From Minisyncoccota bacterium (GTDB lineage: Bacteria; Patescibacteriota; Minisyncoccia; Phycocordibacterales; SBAW01): a stretch of DNA of 64,000 bases. Shown piece after piece: positions 17,723-29,005 of this stretch; positions within the stretch are counted from its first letter, which is position 1; the number at the start of each line of letters is the position of its first letter. The stretch spans positions 187,319 to 251,318 of the forward strand of contig DASZWN010000002.1 of the NCBI GenBank assembly GCA_035546575.1, given 5' to 3'. A model generated the notes under the pieces. The model saw nothing but the letters and a program-made list of their open reading frames with translations. It was not told the DNA's origin and did not search any database. A program made the position numbers and the translations under genes.

Positions 17723-19288
17723 ATGATAAACGACATTTTGTATAGGGTTTGGGCCTTTCTGCGCGGCCTGTGGAAGCGCATTCATTTATTCTTCAGCAAG
17801 CTTGGGGTCTGGAAGTCGGTCGCACTCATTGCAGGCGTTATTATCGTACTGCTCGTAGCTAAACATTTTATTTTTGGCGGCGCTCCGGCAGCAGAAGTAA
17901 CTACTAACGACACGCCAACCGTCACGGTTAAGTCGGTTGCCGCTCTCATGGAAGGCGGCTCTCCCCTTTCTATTGCAGGCCAGGTGCAATCGCAAACTCA
18001 GGCAACCGTTAATAGCGAAAAATCTGGCACCATCACCTCGGTCAACTACGCACTCGGCGATTATGTATACGCAGGCGCGGTAATAGCACAAATAGAGAAC
18101 GCATCTGAGCGCGCAGCGGTTGCACAAGCACAGGCAGCGGTAGATGCCGCTACCGCAGGCTCGCAAACCTCGCAAACAACGCTTGCGGCAGCACAAGGCA
18201 ACGCAGTTACTGCGCTTCTTTCTGCGTACGGCACCACAGACAGCTCCATAAAGGGCACGGTAGACCCGATGTTTTCTAACCCGACCAGCAATCAGCCGCA
18301 GCTCAATGTCACGAGCTCCGACTCACAGGCAAAAGTAGACTCCGAGAACGGCCGCCTGAAGATCAACACCGTCCTTAACCGCGAGCATGCACGCTCGGCG
18401 TCTCTCTCGAGCTCTGACGATCTTATGGCTGAGATCACTACAACTCAGGCTGAGCTTAGACAAACTCGTGACTTCTTTGACACACTGATCCGCGCACTCA
18501 ACGCAGGTATCGCAACGCAGACGGTAAGCGACTCAACGCTCACTGCCTACAAAGCATCTGCGGCTGCCGCGCGCGCCTCTATCACAGGCAGCATTTCAAC
18601 GCTCATAGGCATACAACAGGCGCTTCAGACCGCGCAGCAAAACTCCTCGCAGACAACCGGCGTTTCGGCAACGCAGGCTGGTCTGGCGCAGGCACAAGCG
18701 GGCCTTGCTGCGGCTCGCGCTAACCTCGAGAAGAGCATTATCCGTGCGCCTATCTCGGGCACGATCAACTCGCTCCCGCTTAAAGTGGGCAACTTTATTG
18801 CATCGTTCTCGCCGGCAGTCACTATTGCCAACAACGGCGCGCTTGAGGTTATCGCATACGTCACGCAAAACGACACCGCACAGATCAGCGTTGGCGGCAA
18901 AGCAGTAATCGAGGGCAGCGTTGCGGGCGTGATCACCCGTATCGCGCCAGCGCTCGACCCGCTTACCAAAAAGATCGAGGTTCGCGTCGGCATCACCGGC
19001 AAAAACACGCTCATAAACGGCCAGTCTGTCTCGGTTGAGCTCGGCAGCGCACCAAAACCAACTACTGCTCTTACAAAAATCACGATCCCACTCGCGGCAC
19101 TTAAAATTGCTGCCGACGGCATGAGCGTATTCACCGTAAACGCCTCAAACACACTCGAAACACAGCCGGTTACTATCGGCGAGCTTATGGGCGACCGTGT
19201 AGTTATTATCAGCGGCCTCACTGCAACGACCACTATTGTTACCGACGCGCGCGGTCTCCGCGCAGGCCAGAGTGTAAACGTTCGCTAA
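17723..19288 (+). CDS. RND efflux periplasmic adaptor (membrane fusion protein, HlyD family)
   Basis: N-terminal TM segment, coiled-coil Ala/Gln-rich region and C-terminal beta-barrel domains. Precedes an AcrB-like permease. Confidence 0.8.
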   Translation: MINDILYRVWAFLRGLWKRIHLFFSKLGVWKSVALIAGVIIVLLVAKHFIFGGAPAAEVTTNDTPTVTVKSVAALMEGGSPLSIAGQVQSQTQATVNSEKSGTITSVNYALGDYVYAGAVIAQIENASERAAVAQAQAAVDAATAGSQTSQTTLAAAQGNAVTALLSAYGTTDSSIKGTVDPMFSNPTSNQPQLNVTSSDSQAKVDSENGRLKINTVLNREHARSASLSSSDDLMAEITTTQAELRQTRDFFDTLIRALNAGIATQTVSDSTLTAYKASAAAARASITGSISTLIGIQQALQTAQQNSSQTTGVSATQAGLAQAQAGLAAARANLEKSIIRAPISGTINSLPLKVGNFIASFSPAVTIANNGALEVIAYVTQNDTAQISVGGKAVIEGSVAGVITRIAPALDPLTKKIEVRVGITGKNTLINGQSVSVELGSAPKPTTALTKITIPLAALKIAADGMSVFTVNASNTLETQPVTIGELMGDRVVIISGLTATTTIVTDARGLRAGQSVNVR

Positions 19289-19298
19289 CTCTCCTCAC

Positions 19299-22200
19299 AT
19301 GCTTGCTATCTGGAAATTCTTTATAGAAAAGCGCCAGTTCACTACGCTCTTAATCGCAGCTGTCGTATTGTGGGGCGTTGTTGCAGCGATACAAATAACC
19401 AAGGAGTCCGGCCCCGAGGTATCTATCCCGGTTGGTATTGTCACCACGGTGCTCCCAGGCGCCTCGGCCGAGGACGTTGAGCGTCTTGTGACCGACAAGA
19501 TGGAAACACATCTTGCTAACATCGAGAACCTCGACACCATCACCTCAACTTCGCGTGACGGAGTCTCTTCAGTGGTCGTACAGTTCCTCGCATCTGCCGA
19601 CCTTGATAAGTCGATCCAGAAACTCAAAGACGAGGTAGACAAAGCCAAGATCGACCTCCCAACCGAGGCAAAAGATCCGACCGTTTCCGATGTTAACTTT
19701 GTCGACCAACCGATCCAGATTATTTCTGTTTCCGCAGACGCGCCGTTTGTAAAACTTGCGGAGCTGGCCGACCAGCTCAAAGACGAACTCCAGTCAGTTA
19801 AGGGCGTGCAGCGCGTTGAGATCTCTGGTGTCCGCAATCGTGAGATCGATGTTGTTGTTAAAAAAGAGGAGCTCGCTCGCCTCAACATCAGCCTGCCGCA
19901 GGTGGTACAGGCTATCAGTGCCGCAAACTCGTCGCTCCCGGTTGGCGCTATCACCGTAGACAATGTCAACTACAATATTGCGTTTGAGGGCAGCTTCGAT
20001 ACTGTTTCTGACATCGGTAGCGTTGCGATCCTTAACGTAAACGGCCAAGTAGTGTATGTGCGCGATATCGCAGATGTATCTGATGGTATCGAAAAAGCAA
20101 CTTCGTACTCGCGAGTTTCGGTAAGCGGAGCACCGTCCGAGCAAGCAATGTCGCTCCTTGTATACAAGGTACGCGGCCAGGACGTCACTACCGTAACTCG
20201 CACCGTTAAAGCAAAACTCGACGATCTTAAAAAGTCGATTCTTAACGGCAGCCAGGTGGTGGTCTCGCTCGACGCTGGCGACGAGGTGCAAAAAGATCTC
20301 ACTGAACTGACGCGCACCGGCCTCGAGACTATGGCGCTCGTAATGTTGGTGCTGTTTTTGACGCTTGGCTGGCGCGAGGCAGTTGTGGCCGGCGCTTCTA
20401 TCCCGCTTTCATTCCTCATCGCATTCGTGGGGCTTCTCTACTCGGGCAACACGCTCAACTTTATATCGCTCTTCTCGCTCATTCTTGCTATCGGCATTCT
20501 TGTGGACTCCGGTATCGTGGTGGTTGAGGCGATCCACACGCGTATTCGCAAATTTGGCGACAAACAGATGGCGGGCATGGAAGCCTTGCGCGAATATGCC
20601 TGGCCGCTCATGGGCGGCACTATTGCAACGGTCTCGTTCTTCGTACCGCTTTTCTTTATCTCGGGCATTGTCGGCAAATTTATCGCTTCGATCCCTTTTA
20701 CGCTTATCTTCGTGCTTATTGCCTCGATATTCGTAGCGCTCGGCCTTGTGCCGACGCTCACCATTATGTTTTCCAAGAGCGGGCACGACAGCCGCCTGGT
20801 AGCAATACAGGAGGAGTACACCGAGCGCGCCCGCAAATGGTACGCAGACAAGCTGCAACACTTCCTGGACCGTCGTACATGGCAAAACCGCTTTTTGTGG
20901 GGCATGGGTCTGGCGTTTGCACTTGCGATTGCCCTCCCTATAACCGGCATATTGCCCGTTTCCTTCTTCCCGCAGGAGGACATCGACTTCCTCTACGCCG
21001 ATATTGAACTTCCTCCGGGCAGCACCCTTGCGCAGACCGACCTTTCGGTGCGCGAAGTCGAGGATCGCCTCTACGGAGACAACAATATCGCATCGTTTGT
21101 AGCCGAGGTAGGCGCCTCGAGTGAGTTCGGCAATAACCCGCAACGCGACCCGCGTTTTGGCAACATCACCATCAACCTTGCAAAGGACCGCAGCAAAACC
21201 AGTACCGAAATACTCAGCGATATCCGCAAAGATCTCTCCGACATCACCAGTGCCAAAATAACCGCAGGCGAGCCGAACAACGGACCACCCGTAGGCGCGG
21301 CCGTTGACGTTAAGTTCCTCGGTCTCGACCAAGACGCTCTCGATACTACTGTAGCAAAAGCACGCGCAGTGCTTGAGGCAACACCGGGAGCAACCAGCGT
21401 AGATGCATCAAATAAAAACGAGACGCTTGAGTTTGACCTTAAGGTAGACCGCGCAAAACTCTCGCAAGTCGGGCTTTCCCCTGCTGCGGTAGCAAGCACG
21501 CTGCGCACTGCAGTCTCTGGCGTTAAAGCAACCTCGATCTCAGGTCTTGACCGCGATGTCGATGTGAACGTGTATCTTAATATCAATCCGTCATACACCG
21601 ACCCGCACGACACCACCAATACCAGCCTCGACGGCCTCCACCAGATCCCGATCACTACGCCAAGCGGCACTACCGTGCTTTTAGGCTCCTTACTCGAGGA
21701 GAGCATTACGCGCAACAACTCGATCATTAACCACGAGGATCGCAAACGCGTTGTAGAGCTGACCGCAAATACGCTCCCAGGCTACACTGCAGCCGGCGTA
21801 CTCGCTGCATACAACAAGGGTATGGAGCAGGTTGAGCTCCCACCAGGCGTGACTGTCTCGATCGGCGGCGAGAACGAGGAGACCAACAAGTCGTTTGCAG
21901 AAATGGGTTACGCGCTCCTCGCCGGTATTGCGCTCACGTTCGTTATCCTGGTTATCTCGTTTAACTCCTACCGTTTTGCGGGCTTCTTGCTTATCTTGGT
22001 GCCGCTCTCGCTTATTGGCGTCTTCGGCGGCTTGGTGCTCACCGGCCAGATGCTCTCATTCTCATCGCTCTTGGGCGTTATTGCGCTCGCAGGCGTTATC
22101 ATCAACCATGCGATTATCCTCATGGACTCGATCATTCAGCGCCTCAAGCATGGCGCCGGCCGTACGCTCAGCGACATTGTTATCGAGGCTGCAGTATCGC

Positions 22201-22409
22201 GCCTTCGCCCAATTATCCTCACGACTGTCACGACCGTAATCGGCATGATTCCGCTCACCTATGCCTCGGCGCTCTGGGGCCCGCTCGCATTTGCGATCCT
22301 CTTCGGCCTCTCGTTTGCGATGATCCTTACGCTCGTACTGATCCCAACGCTCGTGTACCGCTGGCCAGGCGTATTGCCGGAAGGAGTAGTAAAACCTAAA
22401 AATAAATAA
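19299..22409 (+). CDS. RND efflux transporter permease (AcrB/AcrD/AcrF family)
   Basis: 1036 aa, 12-TM architecture with two large periplasmic loops, and AcrB-like N-terminus. Confidence 0.9.
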   Translation: MLAIWKFFIEKRQFTTLLIAAVVLWGVVAAIQITKESGPEVSIPVGIVTTVLPGASAEDVERLVTDKMETHLANIENLDTITSTSRDGVSSVVVQFLASADLDKSIQKLKDEVDKAKIDLPTEAKDPTVSDVNFVDQPIQIISVSADAPFVKLAELADQLKDELQSVKGVQRVEISGVRNREIDVVVKKEELARLNISLPQVVQAISAANSSLPVGAITVDNVNYNIAFEGSFDTVSDIGSVAILNVNGQVVYVRDIADVSDGIEKATSYSRVSVSGAPSEQAMSLLVYKVRGQDVTTVTRTVKAKLDDLKKSILNGSQVVVSLDAGDEVQKDLTELTRTGLETMALVMLVLFLTLGWREAVVAGASIPLSFLIAFVGLLYSGNTLNFISLFSLILAIGILVDSGIVVVEAIHTRIRKFGDKQMAGMEALREYAWPLMGGTIATVSFFVPLFFISGIVGKFIASIPFTLIFVLIASIFVALGLVPTLTIMFSKSGHDSRLVAIQEEYTERARKWYADKLQHFLDRRTWQNRFLWGMGLAFALAIALPITGILPVSFFPQEDIDFLYADIELPPGSTLAQTDLSVREVEDRLYGDNNIASFVAEVGASSEFGNNPQRDPRFGNITINLAKDRSKTSTEILSDIRKDLSDITSAKITAGEPNNGPPVGAAVDVKFLGLDQDALDTTVAKARAVLEATPGATSVDASNKNETLEFDLKVDRAKLSQVGLSPAAVASTLRTAVSGVKATSISGLDRDVDVNVYLNINPSYTDPHDTTNTSLDGLHQIPITTPSGTTVLLGSLLEESITRNNSIINHEDRKRVVELTANTLPGYTAAGVLAAYNKGMEQVELPPGVTVSIGGENEETNKSFAEMGYALLAGIALTFVILVISFNSYRFAGFLLILVPLSLIGVFGGLVLTGQMLSFSSLLGVIALAGVIINHAIILMDSIIQRLKHGAGRTLSDIVIEAAVSRLRPIILTTVTTVIGMIPLTYASALWGPLAFAILFGLSFAMILTLVLIPTLVYRWPGVLPEGVVKPKNK

Positions 22410-22413
22410 TAAA

Positions 22414-22444
22414 AAAACCGCTCGTTATGGAGCGGTTTTTTATT
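22414..22444. terminator. Bidirectional intrinsic terminator (AAACCGCTC-GTTATG-GAGCGGTTT followed by a T run)
   Basis: 9-bp stem flanked by A and T runs. Confidence 0.7.
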
Positions 22445-23057
22445 TCCCAAGTCGGCCTAGATGCGCCACTTTGCGGCGCCACTCGTTGCGCTTCCATTCG
22501 GGCGCTGTCTCACTGGGGCCAAATAGCGACGTCTTTACCCGGAAACCCGCAAACCACAAGATCCCCATCTTGATCTCGTTGGTGTAGTCGCCAAAGAGCA
22601 TCCAGATAAAAAACGGATGCGTACCGGAGAGGATTATGACGCGCGCTGTTTTGCCCTTGAGGCGTTTTTTCCAACCTAAAGCCGGCGTCCCCTGCTTGGT
22701 CTTGCGCATATTAAACGCAAAGCCAGGCATCCACATGCGGTCAAACAGGCCTTTAAGCAAGGCCGGCATCGAGCACCACCAGTTGGGATACAACAATACA
22801 AAATGGTCGCACCACTTGATTGCCTCTTGGAGCGCTACCAGGTCGGGCTCGTAGGCTTGTATCACTTTGTAGCCTTTATGGAGGATCGGGTCAAAGTGCA
22901 TCTGTGCTAAGTGAAAGTGCTTGACCTCGTGGCCTGCCTTTTTTGCAGACTCCTCGTATAAAAGCGCTAGCTCGCTGGTGATCGTTGGGTCCGAGTCGGA
23001 GTGCCCTACGAGCACAACGATTTTCTTTTTAACTTCGTGATTATGAAAAAACGACAT
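22440..23057 (-). CDS. NAD(P)H-dependent oxidoreductase, flavodoxin-like fold (Flavodoxin_2/NQO-type)
   Basis: Flavodoxin-like N-terminus (IVVLVGHSDS) and a NAD(P)H dehydrogenase (quinone)-type sequence. Confidence 0.7.
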   Translation of the reverse strand: MSFFHNHEVKKKIVVLVGHSDSDPTITSELALLYEESAKKAGHEVKHFHLAQMHFDPILHKGYKVIQAYEPDLVALQEAIKWCDHFVLLYPNWWCSMPALLKGLFDRMWMPGFAFNMRKTKQGTPALGWKKRLKGKTARVIILSGTHPFFIWMLFGDYTNEIKMGILWFAGFRVKTSLFGPSETAPEWKRNEWRRKVAHLGRLGK

Positions 23058-23071
23058 ACAAATATTCCTGC

Positions 23072-24193
23072 TTAGAATTGTACCGTGCTTGCACGATTTT
23101 GTTTGTCCACATCTTGTGGCGTGCGAGGCATAACGCGTATCGCGGGCAATCCCGGGTTCTCGTCGGGATCTAGCGCGTCTTGTCCGGTAGGTTTAATAGG
23201 TGCAGGTTTTATTGGGACAGAAAGTGTAGGCGCGACTGGTATGGGCATAACGGGCGCAGGTGTAACTTTTGGCAGCCGCGGTGCCACTGCAAGCTCGTGA
23301 GACTGTGCAACTATCGGGAGGGGCGCATGCGGGCGCTCTGGCATCGGTGGTATAGGTGCAGGTTTTGCTGCTACCGGAGTTGGAGGCGGCACCGGCTTTG
23401 GCACGACAGGCTTTGGCTGAGGAGGAGATGCTGTTGGCTTTTGTTGTACAACTGGAGCAGGCTTGGGCTGTGGCGGCGGCGTAGACTTTGGCACGGGTTT
23501 AGGAGCCTCCTTTTTTGGCTCGATAACCTTTTTTTCTGTAACCGCTGCTGGTTTGCTTAGTTTTTGCCGCTGTTTGAGCGACGGTGCGCGCAGGATACGG
23601 AAGATCGCCATGTAACATAACACAAAGGCTGCGCCGCACAAAATGTAGATGATAAAGAGATCAACCCAATTCGTAACGGGTGCGATAATATGCACGATAA
23701 AGAGTGCATACCAATTAGCGCCGATGATCCCCTCCCAGATATAGCTGGGGTACGGCTTGTTTTGACGGAATAAGCTTGCGCCAAATAACAATGCGATCAG
23801 AAGCCACTTAAATAAAAACGCCGGGGAGAGTACGATCCCGAGTGCTCCGCCCGAGATATGCATTGCGGTTATTACAAGACCGGAAAGAATAATAATCCAG
23901 AGACCAAGAGTCTGTACGCGGGTTACCGCACGGCCAAACTGCTCTTCTTTGGGGTCTATCGTACCGTCGTACACTGAGACTAAGTAGGCTACGAGGAGGA
24001 TCGACGCCGAGCCGACGCCGAGCATTACGCCCAACTGCTGCGCAGAATAAAGGATGAGGTTGACCACATCAACCGAAAAGGACATGCAAAAATTGTAGCA
24101 TGAGAAATGTTCCTCTATCTCAGTTGCTTTGCCATATTTGACAAATTCTATATTTGGGTGTATAATTAAAACCGGCAGTTTCGTCGAAATCAA
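23072..24193 (-). CDS. Multi-pass membrane protein with long Pro-rich (PxP repeat) C-terminal tail, hypothetical
   Basis: ORF with 6 or more TM segments and about 130 aa of PKPxP low-complexity sequence. The true start may be an internal Met (MSFSVDV). Confidence 0.5.
   Translation of the reverse strand: MISTKLPVLIIHPNIEFVKYGKATEIEEHFSCYNFCMSFSVDVVNLILYSAQQLGVMLGVGSASILLVAYLVSVYDGTIDPKEEQFGRAVTRVQTLGLWIIILSGLVITAMHISGGALGIVLSPAFLFKWLLIALLFGASLFRQNKPYPSYIWEGIIGANWYALFIVHIIAPVTNWVDLFIIYILCGAAFVLCYMAIFRILRAPSLKQRQKLSKPAAVTEKKVIEPKKEAPKPVPKSTPPPQPKPAPVVQQKPTASPPQPKPVVPKPVPPPTPVAAKPAPIPPMPERPHAPLPIVAQSHELAVAPRLPKVTPAPVMPIPVAPTLSVPIKPAPIKPTGQDALDPDENPGLPAIRVMPRTPQDVDKQNRASTVQF
24138..24167 (+). 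promoter_or_regulatory. Perfect consensus sigma-70 promoter TTGACA-N17-TATAAT
   Basis: TTGACA at 24138-24143, a 17-nt spacer and TATAAT at 24162-24167. It shares the TTTGGGTGTATAAT module with the promoter at 16313. Confidence 0.55.
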
Positions 24194-24209
24194 CAGAGGA
24201 AAGACGATT

Positions 24210-24626
24210 ATGGAAATCGAGGAAGGACTTTTGCCTGACTGGCGCTATGCGCTAGAAAAGGCGGGGCTACTGGTGGCCTACGACCAATTCCTGGCCAAGG
24301 TGAAAGAAATGACCGCTCCGCTCAAACCGACTAGTCGGCATGCAGCATGGGTGATTTCTGGCTATGGCGGCATCGCGCCGGAACACCTGAGGCAAGGTTA
24401 CCAACATACTCTGGTGCTCAAGGTGACACCGATCGATAACATGCGGACCCACGAAGGTTGGCTTCGCGCGCTCCTTCACTTCAACGGACCCGAGGACGCT
24501 GTCAGCGTCATCGAAAGCGCCTCAGATTCGATCGAGTATCCGCGCGAACACAAGGGTACACTGGAGAAGGTGATTCAGGAGCTGATCAGCGACATCATCC
24601 CCATCGTTCCGCGTTTAAAGTTCTAA
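24210..24626 (+). CDS. Hypothetical protein (138 aa)
   Basis: Start chosen at MEIEEGLLPDW, with RBS AGAGGAAAG placed 6 nt upstream. A consensus promoter lies upstream. Confidence 0.5.
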   Translation: MEIEEGLLPDWRYALEKAGLLVAYDQFLAKVKEMTAPLKPTSRHAAWVISGYGGIAPEHLRQGYQHTLVLKVTPIDNMRTHEGWLRALLHFNGPEDAVSVIESASDSIEYPREHKGTLEKVIQELISDIIPIVPRLKF

Positions 24627-24711
24627 CAACCCATCAACATTGGCTTAACCCGCTGCGTTGGTGGGTTTTGCTGTATGCAAGGAGTAAACTCTTTGCCAAT
24701 TAAACAGAGGA

Positions 24712-24948
24712 TTAGAGAATCACCGTGGCACCATCGTGGCGGACCTCCATCACACCTCCCTCAACCTCAATTTCTTTTGGGCTCGCGCCTGCGGTTTCTC
24801 GTATCGAAATAGTGCCCGGTTTAAGTGTGGTAATGAGCGGCATATGCTCGCCGAGCACGGTCATGTCGCCTGCAGTTGCAGGAACGGTCATGGAGTACGC
24901 TTCTCCATCGAAAAATACTTCGCTTACTTTTGCAATTACGACGTGCAT
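24712..24948 (-). CDS. atpC: F-type ATP synthase epsilon subunit (short form, beta-sandwich domain only)
   Basis: Last gene of the atp operon, with an epsilon N-terminal domain-like sequence. Confidence 0.75.
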   Translation of the reverse strand: MHVVIAKVSEVFFDGEAYSMTVPATAGDMTVLGEHMPLITTLKPGTISIRETAGASPKEIEVEGGVMEVRHDGATVIL

Positions 24949-25041
24949 TATTTTGTATATTTGCGGATCACCAACACAAGAAAGTAGCCGATAACAATAC
25001 CAACCGCTACTCCCTTGATAAAGTCGACATCAAACATGGTT

Positions 25042-26442
<1,401 letters not shown>

Positions 26443-26449
26443 TTAATTT

Positions 26450-26473
26450 GGAAGCTATGCAAGCATAGCTTCC
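26450..26473 (-). promoter_or_regulatory. 24-bp perfect palindrome GGAAGCTATGC-AA-GCATAGCTTCC overlapping the atpG stop codon (atpG-atpD intercistronic stem-loop)
   Basis: Perfect 11-bp arms read from the sequence. It encodes the atpG C-terminus MEAMLA plus the stop codon. Confidence 0.5.
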
Positions 26474-27432
26474 ATTCCTCCAGTAATTTCCGAGACTTCT
26501 CTCGTAATCGCAGCCTGTCTCGCTTTGTTAAACTTTAATGTTAGCGAGCCCCGCATCTCCCCCGCTTTGTCCGAGGCCGACTTCATCGCCACCATGCGCG
26601 CCGAGTGTTCAGAAGCTTGGGTCTCGAGTAATGCGTGGTAGACAAAGATGGAGGCTAGGCGCGGGAGGATTGCGCTGAGCACCTCGCCCTCTGATGGCTC
26701 TATTGTATATACAGACTGTTTTGAATTTGTATCAGATTGCGCTGCATACACACCCCGCACTGGGAGAATATCGTTGACCACCTCCTGGAGCTCCTCAAGC
26801 GAGAGCGGAAAGACAGTGTGTATGGTCGGGCGCTGCTCAAAGGTTGATACGAAGTTTTGATAGACAATTTTAACCACTTCTACCTCGCCCAAAGTAAACC
26901 GTTTTGCGGCCCCACTAACCAAGGTGTCGATAAGCTCCGGCGTTATCTGGTCAGTATTTGGATAAAACGCGCTTATCGTAAAGCCGCGCATTGTAAAAAA
27001 GTCGTTTGCTTTGCGACCTACTGCCACCACCTCTACCTGTGATGGATTGAGACCCATATTGGCAATATCTGCTGCACTCCCGCGCAGCACGGCCGAGTTG
27101 AGAGCGCCGGCCAAACCCTTGTCGCTGGTGATGACTATATACAAAGCTGTCTTGGGTGCGGAAAATGTATCTTCTCGACCATCCCCGCGATGACCTGCAG
27201 GGAGAGAAGACACGTTTTCTGCACCCCTCATGAGCGGATGGCTCGCAAGGTCTTTGCTGCCCGAGGTGCGTGCAAGGATAGAGGCAGCGGCCCGAGCATA
27301 TGCGCGGCCCGAAAGCGCGCGCTGCTGCGCCTTGCGCATCTTGGCAGCAGAAACTGCCTCCATCGCTTTGGTTACTTTTTGCGTCTTCTCGACGCTCTTT
27401 ATTTTAGATTTAATTGCTTTCAGCGCTGCCAT
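26455..27432 (-). CDS. atpG: F-type ATP synthase gamma subunit (carries an in-frame palindromic element insertion)
   Basis: N-terminal MAALKAIKSKIKSVEKTQKVTKAM and ITSDKGLAGALN gamma signatures. Contains the inserted peptide SSLPAGHRGDGREDTFS. Confidence 0.9.
   Translation of the reverse strand: MAALKAIKSKIKSVEKTQKVTKAMEAVSAAKMRKAQQRALSGRAYARAAASILARTSGSKDLASHPLMRGAENVSSLPAGHRGDGREDTFSAPKTALYIVITSDKGLAGALNSAVLRGSAADIANMGLNPSQVEVVAVGRKANDFFTMRGFTISAFYPNTDQITPELIDTLVSGAAKRFTLGEVEVVKIVYQNFVSTFEQRPTIHTVFPLSLEELQEVVNDILPVRGVYAAQSDTNSKQSVYTIEPSEGEVLSAILPRLASIFVYHALLETQASEHSARMVAMKSASDKAGEMRGSLTLKFNKARQAAITREVSEITGGMEAMLA
27161..27219 (-). repeat. In-frame palindromic insertion element, copy 1 (in atpG)
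   Basis: Core GACCATCCCCGCGATGACCTGCAGGGAG flanked by 16-nt complementary arms GAAAATGTATCTTCTC and GAGAAGACACGTTTTC. The core is shared with the copies at 55522 and 60141. Confidence 0.65.
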
Positions 27433-27438
27433 ACAATG

Positions 27439-29004
27439 TTATTTTGCCTGCACAAGGTCCGGGTGCGTCTCTGCAAAGCTCGTGAGCGCCTGCTTGAGGT
27501 GCTCCTCGGTCTGCTCCGCAATGAGCTTTGATTCGCGGATAGACTCAATGACCTCAGGATATTCGGACTCGATATATGCAAGCATCTTCTGCTCGTACTC
27601 CGGCACGCGATCTACTGCCACATCTTTGAGGTAGCCGTTTACCGAAGCGTAGATAGAGATAGCCTGGAGCTCAAAGCCCATCGGATTGCCGTTGCGCTGC
27701 TTGAGCGTTGCCATCATGCGCTGACCAAAGTCGATGCGCTTTTTAGTGTCTGCATCGAGGTCCTGGCTAAACTGCATAAAGGCCTCAAGCTCGCGGAACT
27801 GGGCGAGCTCAAGCTTGATTTTGCCGGAGACCTTCTTCATTGCCTTAGTTTGTGCGGCCGAACCCACGCGCGACACCGAGATGCCCGCGTTGATAGCAGG
27901 ACGAATGCCTTTGTTAAAGAGATCAGTCTCGAGGAATATCTGCCCGTCGGTAATAGAAATAACGTTGGTCGGGATGTAGCCGGAGACGTCGTTTTCCTGT
28001 GTCTCGATAACTGGGAGCGCGGTCAAAGATCCGCCGCCCTTCTCCTTAGAGAGTTTTGCGGCACGCTCGAGGAGGCGGGAGTGGAGATAAAACACATCGC
28101 CCGGATACGCCTCACGGCCCGGGGGGCGGCGCAACAGCAGCGAGAGCTGGCGATATGCAACTGCGTGCTTGGAAAGATCGTCGTAGATCACGAGTGCGTC
28201 GCGGCCCTGGTCCATAAAGTACTCGCCGATAGCAGCGCCCGCAAAAGGAGCCAGGTACTGGAGCGCCGCCGGAGCCGAAGCGCCTGCATCGACAATAATC
28301 GAGTACTCCATTGCGCCCGCATCGCGCAGCTGAGCCATCAAACGCGCAGTCTTACTCTCCTTTTGGCCGATCGAAACATAAATACAAATCGGGCGGCTCT
28401 CCTTCGGCTCAGTCTTTTGGTTAAGGATGGTGTCGATAGCCACGGTCGTCTTGCCGGTGTAGCGGTCGCCGATGATAAGCTCGCGCTGGCCACGGCCTAT
28501 CGGGATCATCGCGTCGATTGCCTTGATGCCAGTGTGGAGCGGCTGGTTAACCGACTGGCGATCCATCACGCCGTACGCCTCGCGCTCAATTGGGTTTTGT
28601 TTGTCTGCCTTGATAGCGCCCTGGCCGTCAAGCGCCTCACCCAAAGGAGATACGACACGACCAATAAGCGCATCGCCCACCGGGATCGAGAGCACCGAGC
28701 CGGTAGACTCGACAGTCATACCCTCGCGCACCAGCGCCACATCGCCCAAAATAATCGCGCGGACAGACTCCTCTTCCAGATTCAAAATAACTCCGTAGAC
28801 TTCGCTTGAGGTTTCAATTGCATCCTTGAGGTTTTTGCCGTGTGCCGTGTCAAAGCGGACCATTTCTGACATCACCGCATTTGAAAGGCCCTCGATCTCG
28901 GCCACACCGTCGGAGACGCGCAGCACAGTACCCGCTCCCTGAGCGCGCTTCTCGGGAGTAAACCCTTCTATCTCTTTTTTAAATTGTTCGATGAAGTTTT
29001 GCAT
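27439..29004 (-). CDS. atpA: F-type ATP synthase alpha subunit
   Basis: Walker A GDRYTGKT and overall alpha-subunit similarity. Confidence 0.95.
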   Translation of the reverse strand: MQNFIEQFKKEIEGFTPEKRAQGAGTVLRVSDGVAEIEGLSNAVMSEMVRFDTAHGKNLKDAIETSSEVYGVILNLEEESVRAIILGDVALVREGMTVESTGSVLSIPVGDALIGRVVSPLGEALDGQGAIKADKQNPIEREAYGVMDRQSVNQPLHTGIKAIDAMIPIGRGQRELIIGDRYTGKTTVAIDTILNQKTEPKESRPICIYVSIGQKESKTARLMAQLRDAGAMEYSIIVDAGASAPAALQYLAPFAGAAIGEYFMDQGRDALVIYDDLSKHAVAYRQLSLLLRRPPGREAYPGDVFYLHSRLLERAAKLSKEKGGGSLTALPVIETQENDVSGYIPTNVISITDGQIFLETDLFNKGIRPAINAGISVSRVGSAAQTKAMKKVSGKIKLELAQFRELEAFMQFSQDLDADTKKRIDFGQRMMATLKQRNGNPMGFELQAISIYASVNGYLKDVAVDRVPEYEQKMLAYIESEYPEVIESIRESKLIAEQTEEHLKQALTSFAETHPDLVQAK

Positions 29005-29005
29005 C

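Noticed and set aside
18625-21745. Several 150-300 aa minus-strand ORFs (18625-19233, 19295-19969, 20409-21332, 21071-21745)
   Set aside because: All lie anti-sense within the RND adaptor and permease genes. Ser/Thr/Arg-rich low-complexity translations.
23072-24193. Pro-rich tail of the membrane protein as a collagen-like or repeat protein domain
   Set aside because: It is low-complexity PKPxP sequence with no regular G-x-y or defined repeat unit. Most likely a disordered linker or tail.
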